The position numbers and the translations under genes were made by a program. Of a stretch of 64,000 nt of DNA, positions 49,381 to 57,244 are shown one piece after another. Source of the stretch: a virus. Position 1 is the stretch's first letter; each line of letters opens with the position of its first letter. A model generated the notes under the pieces. It made no database searches. It saw nothing but the letters and a program-made list of their open reading frames with translations, and had not been told where the DNA came from. The stretch lies in the IMG/VR virus record IMGVR_UViG_3300044957_000619. One strand, written 5' to 3'.

Positions 49381-49381
49381 A

Positions 49382-49762
49382 TTATTTTAAAATTTCATTG
49401 ATTAATATTCCAGAACCTAAAGTTGTAAAAATGCCTGCAGCAAACCATAATGCTTTTGAATCATACCATTTTGGTTTAAAATATCGTTCTCGTCGAATAT
49501 ATATTTCTACATTTTCTTGTAATAAAGCAATTTGCTGATCTTTATATCGTAATTGCAACGAATCTAATTTAATTAATTCTTCATGTTGTTTTGACAACAT
49601 AATATATTTATCAATCAATTTATTATTAATTGAATCTAATGCATATAACGAATCTAATGTATATGAAATATCAATAATTTCTTGTTGAGTAAAACATGTA
49701 TCTGGTTTTGTTTGCGTTAATGCAAATATTGGAAATAGTAATATAACTAATAATTGTTTCAT
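49382..49762 (-). CDS. Exported coiled-coil protein with a C-terminal TM (possible spanin component)
   Basis: Signal peptide ...FALT-Q, coiled coil, KWY followed by a hydrophobic tail. Confidence 0.45.
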   Translation of the reverse strand: MKQLLVILLFPIFALTQTKPDTCFTQQEIIDISYTLDSLYALDSINNKLIDKYIMLSKQHEELIKLDSLQLRYKDQQIALLQENVEIYIRRERYFKPKWYDSKALWFAAGIFTTLGSGILINEILK

Positions 49763-49763
49763 A

Positions 49764-50099
49764 TTATTTTTTTGGTTTACGGCCGCGGCGTGTTTTATTT
49801 AAAATATTTTGTTTTGCTTCTTCTACAGGTCGTTCTTCTATTTGTAGATCTTCTTTAGCTGTTTGTAATTCTTCAATTTCTGTTTTAGTTTCTTGAATTT
49901 CTTGTTTTACTTCTTCCCGCTGTTCTTCAATTATTTCAGTTTTACCTTGAAGCTGATCAATTTGTTTATTGTTATCATCGAGTTGTTTATCAGTTTTTTC
50001 TATTTTTTTCTTGTTAAGTTTATCACTTGCAAAAATAGCAGCAATAATTGCTAAAATTATTCCGGCAAGTATTGCCCAATACTTTTTAATTGTTTTCAT
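49764..50099 (-). CDS. N-terminal TM coiled-coil protein (i-spanin-like)
   Basis: Single TM followed by a long coiled coil. Confidence 0.45.
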   Translation of the reverse strand: MKTIKKYWAILAGIILAIIAAIFASDKLNKKKIEKTDKQLDDNNKQIDQLQGKTEIIEEQREEVKQEIQETKTEIEELQTAKEDLQIEERPVEEAKQNILNKTRRGRKPKK

Positions 50100-50736
50100 C
50101 TTGATTTTCTTTTTTATTTAATTTTGCTAAAAAATTTTCTTTAAACTGATTGAATTGTTTTTGAATAGTATTTTCAAATTCTTCTGGTGTCATTTTTGCT
50201 GACCAATGTTCTATTTGCCCATCTGAATTAGATACGAATTGTTGAACTTGTGTGTATGCTTGTTTTAATAATTCAACGTCTCGTTCAGCATCACGTAACC
50301 ATGCTAATGCATTTTCTCGAATTTTATTTCGTTCATATTCTTCGAATTTGCCTTCTTTTTTTAATTCATGCTCCATTTCAATCACGCAATCAAAACACAT
50401 TCCATGAAGTTTTCTCATTTTTTGATCTAAATGATGCGTTCCTATACACGTGCATGTTTCCTTTCTACAATTAGGAAATGCATGTAATTCATCTCGTACA
50501 GATTGAAATAAATCAGAATTTTTTGTTTTTCGAATTCGAAAACCATCTCGTTGCTCTACAACATAAGTATTACCGTGAGCATCTGTTTCTTCCCAAATAT
50601 CTCCAACTTCATGATATTCAGCTTGGGCCGCTTTAGATTTTGCATCAGAAAACCCAACTGTTTTTTTGGTTTGAAACTTATGAGTACCATCCAACATTTG
50701 TTGAACTGCTTTAACATTTTGTAACTTTTTTGACAT
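50086..50736 (-). CDS. Hypothetical protein with a Cys cluster
   Basis: GDIWEE, CRKETCTC, CFDC. Confidence 0.65.
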   Translation of the reverse strand: MSKKLQNVKAVQQMLDGTHKFQTKKTVGFSDAKSKAAQAEYHEVGDIWEETDAHGNTYVVEQRDGFRIRKTKNSDLFQSVRDELHAFPNCRKETCTCIGTHHLDQKMRKLHGMCFDCVIEMEHELKKEGKFEEYERNKIRENALAWLRDAERDVELLKQAYTQVQQFVSNSDGQIEHWSAKMTPEEFENTIQKQFNQFKENFLAKLNKKENQDENN

Positions 50737-50753
50737 AACTTATTTATTTTTAT

Positions 50754-51722
50754 TTATTTTGCTTCTGCAGCATCATCTGTTGTTTGTTCTGGAGCACTAA
50801 TACTTTTAATTTGTCGAATTGCAATATTTTTAGCTCGTTCTAAATCTTCTGGATCTAATTTTGCAATTAATTTTGCTAATGGTGATATTGCAGCCGATAC
50901 CATGGAATTTGGACCTCGTTGCTTTTTTTGTTTTAAAAATTCTAACCATTTTTTAATAGCCATAATATTTTCAGCTTCTTGTTGCTCTACATCTTTTTTA
51001 ACATCAACTTCTTCGCTGCCTTTGTCTGCAGCAGCTGGAGTAGTTTCAGGTGTAGCTGTTGTCGGCGCCGGAGCGGGCGTTGCTGGTGCCGGAGCAGTTG
51101 GTGCCGGAGCAGTTGGTGCTGGAGCAGTTGGTGCTGCGGCCGCTGCTGCATCTGGAGCTGGAGTTTCAGTAGGCGTTTCTTTTGCAGGAGCATTAGGCGT
51201 CTCTGGCGTAGCGGCATCTGGAGTTTCTGTAGGCGTTTCTTCTGAAGGTGCTTTAGCTCCTTCTTCATCACCTTGCTCGCGTAATACTTTTAAAATTTTT
51301 CTTCGAATATATTCTCTAACTAACATTTCTTTTTGATTAGCAGTTAATCGATTAATTCGTTCTTGAATTTCTGGAGTCGTTACGCCATGGTCAATTAATT
51401 CTAATTTTTTTAGATATTCGTCTGAATCTGTTTTTTGTCGTTTATTTAAAACTTTAGCAGCATGTTTTGGATCATAATCTGCAGATTCTGGATCATATAA
51501 TCGATCGTTATCTGTATATTTTTGGTATAATTTTCCGTCATCTTGCACAGCTTTATCTGTTTTCCGAGCAACCTTTTCTTGTTTCTTACCAGTAGAAAAT
51601 GGGTTTAGAGAATCATGTTTATCATCGTGAGTGTAATCTTTAAGATCTTTTCTTGCATGAATTTTTTGAGATTTTTCAAAATCTTTTGGTGTTTTATACT
51701 TGCTTTTGTGTTTTTCAGCCAT
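50754..51722 (-). CDS. Hypothetical protein with a Pro/Ala/Thr-rich linker (possible internal virion protein)
   Basis: IRRKILKVLREQ followed by ETP/APTAP low-complexity sequence. Confidence 0.65.
   Translation of the reverse strand: MAEKHKSKYKTPKDFEKSQKIHARKDLKDYTHDDKHDSLNPFSTGKKQEKVARKTDKAVQDDGKLYQKYTDNDRLYDPESADYDPKHAAKVLNKRQKTDSDEYLKKLELIDHGVTTPEIQERINRLTANQKEMLVREYIRRKILKVLREQGDEEGAKAPSEETPTETPDAATPETPNAPAKETPTETPAPDAAAAAAPTAPAPTAPAPTAPAPATPAPAPTTATPETTPAAADKGSEEVDVKKDVEQQEAENIMAIKKWLEFLKQKKQRGPNSMVSAAISPLAKLIAKLDPEDLERAKNIAIRQIKSISAPEQTTDDAAEAK
51085..51136. repeat. 15-bp coding tandem repeat (TAPAP)
   Basis: ggtgc(c/t)ggagcagtt x3.5. Confidence 0.85.
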
Positions 51723-51751
51723 GATTAAATTCCAATTTTAATATAAATATA

Positions 51752-53776
51752 TCAACGTGCATATTTCAATACGCCTAGTATCTGATTAACGGGCGCAAAT
51801 GCTCCTGTTAATTTATATGTATTGCCGCGATAAGTAAATACTACGCCTTCTGATGGGACAATTGCATCAAAACCACCTAATCGTTCAATTCGTTTTAGTT
51901 CTAATTCCAGTTTTGCGACTGTTTGTGGATTTGGATTATTTTGAAGTTCTTGAATAAGCTCAGCCATTTCTTGCTTGATTGTTTGTACCGTTTTTGATGG
52001 ATTTGCTGCTAAAAAGTTTTCTGCATTTTTTAATGCTACTGCTCCTAATCGCAAAAACAATGTTTCAAATGGTTCCATGTTTTGCTTGTAATAACGTTTG
52101 AATTCCGATTTATCAAATTCTTGAACCCAATTTAAAAATTCTGCATTATCAATTTGTTTTTTAAGCGTAGTCATACTTTCTGACTTATCAAAAAATGCCC
52201 AACGATATATCAATGTGTTTAATATGTTTTCTGGAATATCGTATCCCGTTTTATTGGCTTGCGTTTTAATAACATCTGACCACCATGCTCGATGATATTC
52301 AGTTAATCGATCCGTATCTTTCAACCCGTAACGATTTTGTAATTGTGCAACTTCATTAAAAAATGCAGCTTGTTGATCTTCAAAATCAGATATTCTACCA
52401 ATTTTGATTCGTTGTGGCGGAATGAACGAAAATGTTTTTTGAAGGTGAGCATTGGCATCTTGAATAATACCTTGCAATGTAGCTCCGCCTGTTAGATCCG
52501 TTTCTACTTGATTGCCTTGCTCGTCATATTCTATTAAATTATGAAATTGTAATACTGCAATTTCGTATGAAATAACATTTTTTGTAGCAGGGTATATAAT
52601 TTCCATGTTTGCAAATACTCGACCATTTTTAAATATTTGGTTGAGTTTATCTTGCGATACGCGACTAAATGCTTCTGCTAAATCTTCTGCAGCATTTGCA
52701 AATGCATCTGATATTGGCCCTCTACCTCCAAACTTGTCTTGAATTTGTTGTACAGACATTGGCGTAATAACAGTACCTTTATTTCGTGCAAAACCAATTT
52801 GTCCATTTTTCCACGTTACTTGAATGTTTTGGCCATCGGTTTTTTCTGTAACTGCAGATTCAATATCTAATCGCCCTTCTAAAGCACGAGATATAATTTC
52901 TTTGACATCGCTAAATGTTAAACCATGATCATCCCATGGATGTGCCATATGTCCTGCAGCACCGCCTTCTTTGATTAGTTGAATTCCTTCTGATAGTGGC
53001 ACTCCATAAACCGTTTTATCAAAATCTGCAAAGTCATATGTAAATGCTTTTCCGACGTGATTATCTAAAAATTTTCTTAATTTTTTAATTTTTGTTTGAT
53101 GTTTTGCTAATTGTTTTGGAGTAGGATACCCTTCAAATATTTGAATAACATTTTCTTGTAAATGTTTAGCCCACCAATCTTTCGTAAATAATGCTTCTTG
53201 CAATCCCGTTACAACTTGCCATGCATTTTTTACTAATGCATCTTTGTATTGCGGATATGATGCACGAAATATTCCATAATCTCTATCTGCAATTGCTTTG
53301 CGTACGATGGTTGCTGATATAGGAGTTCCGTCTGCGTATGTTTCTGGATCTACATCTATACTAATTTCAGTTGCATCTATTCCCATGGGAATTTTGCGTC
53401 CTTTTTTATCACCGATTGTAGCATATTTGTCTACGTTAGGAACAAATGCTTTTGCTCTAACATAATCATCTCCCTTTGCGGATGCAGCCATGGCATAACG
53501 ACCTGTTGCATCTGATGGTAATGCAAACAAATACTCATATGCTGCGGTTATTGGTGAATTAAATTCGGTAGGTTGAATTCGTATGTCTGGATTATCATTA
53601 AGTAAATTGAACATTTCAATGCTTTGTTCTCTCGTAACGCCATCTCTCGGTTGTGGCCCTATCAGCATTATTACTTGTCCTACCTGCAGAGTCTCTGCAT
53701 AACGTTGTGCTAATGCTAAATGTGCTCCCGTTAATGGTTTAAATCCGCCTGGAAATAAAACTGTTATTTTATCCAT
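51752..53776 (-). CDS. Fusion: HxGH-type nucleotidyltransferase plus RNA-ligase-like (DUF6267-like) domain
   Basis: N-part FPGGFKPLTGAH...ISATIVR; C-part GHMAHP, TEKTDG.N, EGVV, YKLTG. Confidence 0.7.
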   Translation of the reverse strand: MDKITVLFPGGFKPLTGAHLALAQRYAETLQVGQVIMLIGPQPRDGVTREQSIEMFNLLNDNPDIRIQPTEFNSPITAAYEYLFALPSDATGRYAMAASAKGDDYVRAKAFVPNVDKYATIGDKKGRKIPMGIDATEISIDVDPETYADGTPISATIVRKAIADRDYGIFRASYPQYKDALVKNAWQVVTGLQEALFTKDWWAKHLQENVIQIFEGYPTPKQLAKHQTKIKKLRKFLDNHVGKAFTYDFADFDKTVYGVPLSEGIQLIKEGGAAGHMAHPWDDHGLTFSDVKEIISRALEGRLDIESAVTEKTDGQNIQVTWKNGQIGFARNKGTVITPMSVQQIQDKFGGRGPISDAFANAAEDLAEAFSRVSQDKLNQIFKNGRVFANMEIIYPATKNVISYEIAVLQFHNLIEYDEQGNQVETDLTGGATLQGIIQDANAHLQKTFSFIPPQRIKIGRISDFEDQQAAFFNEVAQLQNRYGLKDTDRLTEYHRAWWSDVIKTQANKTGYDIPENILNTLIYRWAFFDKSESMTTLKKQIDNAEFLNWVQEFDKSEFKRYYKQNMEPFETLFLRLGAVALKNAENFLAANPSKTVQTIKQEMAELIQELQNNPNPQTVAKLELELKRIERLGGFDAIVPSEGVVFTYRGNTYKLTGAFAPVNQILGVLKYAR

Positions 53777-53799
53777 ATGTTCCGTTTTATATAAATATG

Positions 53800-56478
53800 T
53801 TAAGATACAATACCAGCTGGGGGAGGTAATATAGAACTACCTACAACGCGGCTTGTTCGATATACAAATCCTTTCATTGCTAATAAATCACCAACATTGC
53901 CTGTTGCATCTCTACTAACAATCATGAATATCCTTACATAACGGCCTTGGTAATTTGCAAATGTTGAAGATGTTGTAGTAAATGTACGAGAGCCGCCTTC
54001 ATATGTTCCAGTTGAATTTATTGTTGTAATTAATTGAGTTGATGCAAATAATGATTGCGGCGTACTCCATGAATCATATCCTGTACTAGTACCGGTACTA
54101 CCAGATATACTTGCAGATTGAATATACCACTGTGCTTCTAAATTGCCAGTTGTACTCGTAGCAGCATTAAAATTATACATTAATGATATTTGCATTCTCG
54201 TTTCACCTGGTAATACAAATGTTTCAAACATTGATGCTGTTTGTGCTCCGGTTGTAGATAAACTTCCGGTGTATGTAAATTCAGATCTATCAAAATATAC
54301 AACGCGTCCTACGTTTAGTCCATCAACAAATTCACTATTGGAATCAAATAATACATCTCCTCCTTGTATAGCAATAAATGATGATGCTGTTACATTGCCT
54401 TGAGCAGTTAAATGAAATCCACTTGCGGAAATTGCTATATTTCCATTAGCACCGCTAATAAATGTAGTTGCAGGATTTCCAAAAAAGAATTTATTGGTAC
54501 GAACATCAATTTCAGAATCAGCAGTTGAATATCTAAAATAACTCGCCGTATTTGCATAAAGTTCTAAACCTACACCGCTATATGCCGCACCCCCTTTGGT
54601 TCCTGCACTACCTGGTAAAGCTGATCCGGACCACAATAAAAATCCAGGAAATCCGGCAGCAAATCCTTCATAACCCAATGATCTAATAAATCCGGAATTT
54701 GTATATCCGCTGATTGCTACACCACTATTTAGTGAATCTGCTACGTATAAAGATCCAGTAAGCATTGAATAATCGCCATCAATATAACGATTTCCGCCTT
54801 CCCAATCTTTATTGTATACATATGATGTTTGCTTGCTTCGTACGCCTGCTACGTTGTAAAATTCTGCTTTAAATGAAATTTGATTGTCAATTTTATGTGT
54901 AGTTTGTATGGGTGTTTTTATGCGTGTATAATTGGGAGTATATCCTGCATCATTATCTGTAGTTACACTAATATCAGCAACTTGCCAAGCACCAGACTCT
55001 GCTACTAAGATCAGCGTACCAGTCCCGGTATAATCTGATTCAAAGTTTAAAACAACATCATCAAAACGCTGATTATTGCCCGTAGCACGTAGTTCTCCGA
55101 TGCGTTTACCAAACGAAAAATCTTGATTGAAATAATCTGTTGGATCTGCATAAAATGAACTACCTGATAAATATACCGACAATACTGGATCTGTTGTGAT
55201 TCGCGTTGCTAATGCATCAACCGTAACTTTGTACGCAGAGTTTTTAATAAATACGGCCGTTGTTGTTGTGTTTGCAACAAGTACGGAATTTTTTGCAGTT
55301 AAATCAATTGAACTAGAAATTTGCATTGCATTGTTCAATGAAGCCGTTGTATATATTAATGTTGGTGCTGTGGTTTGAACTCCTTGCAGGAATGCTGAAG
55401 CTGACCAATATGTATCAATTATGCTTTGTGATGTAAATGCTCCAACTGCTAAATCAGGAAACAGTGATGCAGTGTTTGCAACAAAAATTTCTGTTTCTTC
55501 AAGTTCTACATCATTAACTAAGTCCCATGTTCCAACAGTACCGTTATTATTAGTAAACACTTTGATTCTAGAAACGTCGCCGGTTGCTGGATCTAAGCCT
55601 TTAATTTGTATGTAAGCAAATGATTGTGAATTTTCAGTTGCAACATAAGTAGGAGTAGCTTCATATGTCAATGAAAATGCAGAATTTGCAAACTCAGAAT
55701 ATGTATGTGCAGATATACTTTGACTGCTATAAACTGTATATTCTGTATCTAACAATGCCGTAGTTGGTGATAATATTTTTTTAATCGTTGATATGTAAGG
55801 GGTTATTGCTACCGCATAATTAGGAGTAGGCGTAGCATTTTGCGGTGATGCTACAGTAATAGTTCCTGTCGACATATCTGCACTAAACTGTCCTCCGATA
55901 ATTTCAATGGCGGGTTGATTATTATATAAATAATATCGTATTTGGCCGGTAGTATATGTCGGAAATTGTCCTGACGTATATACTCTATCAAGTTGAACTC
56001 CTATAATTTCTTCAACAACTAATTCCGGTTCAGTTTCGAAAATTATTTCAGAAACATTTGATACATTTGGATTAACTGAAACAGACCGAATCCATCGAAT
56101 ATTTGGTTTGCCTTGCCACTCAGTTGGTATTATTTGATTATTAATTGTAACTGCTTCTGATATTAATGTTATCGTACAATCTCCTGGAGATGTATCTTCA
56201 TAAATATAAATTGCAATTACACGACTTTTATCTTCATCAATATAATCTACAACTTCATGATAAATTGGATCTCCATTATAATCTAATATTTCAATTCCTA
56301 ATACTCCGCCAACTTTTAAATTTTGAGGATTACCACGAAGTTTAAATAAATTTTTGCCCGCAGTTAAGCGTGTAGGAAATTCCGATATTTGAAAATAATC
56401 AGGTGATGTTAGTGATGTATCTTCAAAATAAACAGGAACGAATTGTAAACCTTTATATACAGCTTCTTTGCGTTTCAT
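53800..56478 (-). CDS. Large structural (baseplate/fibre) protein
   Basis: Beta-rich and Ser/Thr/Gly-rich; YFQISEFP..LTAGKN; late promoter motif upstream. Confidence 0.55.
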   Translation of the reverse strand: MKRKEAVYKGLQFVPVYFEDTSLTSPDYFQISEFPTRLTAGKNLFKLRGNPQNLKVGGVLGIEILDYNGDPIYHEVVDYIDEDKSRVIAIYIYEDTSPGDCTITLISEAVTINNQIIPTEWQGKPNIRWIRSVSVNPNVSNVSEIIFETEPELVVEEIIGVQLDRVYTSGQFPTYTTGQIRYYLYNNQPAIEIIGGQFSADMSTGTITVASPQNATPTPNYAVAITPYISTIKKILSPTTALLDTEYTVYSSQSISAHTYSEFANSAFSLTYEATPTYVATENSQSFAYIQIKGLDPATGDVSRIKVFTNNNGTVGTWDLVNDVELEETEIFVANTASLFPDLAVGAFTSQSIIDTYWSASAFLQGVQTTAPTLIYTTASLNNAMQISSSIDLTAKNSVLVANTTTTAVFIKNSAYKVTVDALATRITTDPVLSVYLSGSSFYADPTDYFNQDFSFGKRIGELRATGNNQRFDDVVLNFESDYTGTGTLILVAESGAWQVADISVTTDNDAGYTPNYTRIKTPIQTTHKIDNQISFKAEFYNVAGVRSKQTSYVYNKDWEGGNRYIDGDYSMLTGSLYVADSLNSGVAISGYTNSGFIRSLGYEGFAAGFPGFLLWSGSALPGSAGTKGGAAYSGVGLELYANTASYFRYSTADSEIDVRTNKFFFGNPATTFISGANGNIAISASGFHLTAQGNVTASSFIAIQGGDVLFDSNSEFVDGLNVGRVVYFDRSEFTYTGSLSTTGAQTASMFETFVLPGETRMQISLMYNFNAATSTTGNLEAQWYIQSASISGSTGTSTGYDSWSTPQSLFASTQLITTINSTGTYEGGSRTFTTTSSTFANYQGRYVRIFMIVSRDATGNVGDLLAMKGFVYRTSRVVGSSILPPPAGIVS

Positions 56479-56518
56479 TGTGCGAAATATCTTTTATATA
56501 AATATTACGCATGAAATT

Positions 56519-57139
56519 TTAGTTATATAATTTGCATTTCATAAAATGCCAACGCTGCATTACATTAACACCTCCAGATTTTCTACAATAAGGACATGTT
56601 GATATTTTATATTCTCTACCTTTTTGTGCAGCACTAATATTCTTACGATGCTGATCTGTTAATGATTTATTTTTTAATGCTTCTGATAATTTCTTTTTTG
56701 TTTCTTCGGATCGCGGAATACCAGTATTCCATGGTTTAGTTCCTTTAAGTTTATCATGTAATTTTTTACGAGTTTCTGCAGAAACAATACGTCCTGTATT
56801 TGCTTCACTGATTTTTTTACGAGTTTCTATCGATCGTTGTCGTTTTTTACAATTTTCAGAAAATCCACCAGCACCACCTTTTGTTAAATTATAATATTCC
56901 GGATTGTTTATTGCATCATATTTTTTTATTAAATATTCTTCATATAAACGGGCATCAGATTCATTATTAAATTCTTTTAATATCATTTTTTGAAAATTTT
57001 CTTTTCCATATTTTTCAATTGCACGATTAATTAATTTTCCAGATCCATAATATGTTAAGCTAGTATCAGGCGTTTTAGAACAAAATCCGATATATTTTTT
57101 ATTATCTATCAAATTTTTTATTTCATATACATATGGCAT
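56519..57139 (-). CDS. GIY-YIG homing endonuclease (Seg-like) with NUMOD3 repeats
   Basis: YVYEIKN..D.KKYIG, YYGSG, YYNLT.GG, SxETRKK repeats. Confidence 0.9.
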   Translation of the reverse strand: MPYVYEIKNLIDNKKYIGFCSKTPDTSLTYYGSGKLINRAIEKYGKENFQKMILKEFNNESDARLYEEYLIKKYDAINNPEYYNLTKGGAGGFSENCKKRQRSIETRKKISEANTGRIVSAETRKKLHDKLKGTKPWNTGIPRSEETKKKLSEALKNKSLTDQHRKNISAAQKGREYKISTCPYCRKSGGVNVMQRWHFMKCKLYN

Positions 57140-57150
57140 AATAGTAAATA

Positions 57151-57232
57151 ACCTTATGCTTTTCGAGGTGGAAGCACTCTAATCAGCATAAGGTTTTAAT
57201 AATGTTTTACAATGTAGCTTCCACTCTACATT
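57151..57232 (-). ncRNA. Structured 5' leader (two hairpins with complementary loops) of the GIY-YIG gene
   Basis: Stems AATGTAG/CTACATT and ACCTTATGCT/AGCATAAGGT; GTGGAAG and CTTCCAC in the loops are complementary. Confidence 0.6.
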
Positions 57233-57244
57233 AATAAATATGTT

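Larger units (their letters stand above)
10927..57241 (-). promoter_or_regulatory. Dispersed putative late promoter motif ATATTTATW (about 16 copies)
   Basis: + strand WATAAATAT at 10927, 16566, 26624, 28187, 30790, 34285, 35074, 38652, 39629, 42604, 45889, 47759, 51742, 53790, 56497 and 57233, each upstream of a minus-strand gene start. Confidence 0.75.
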
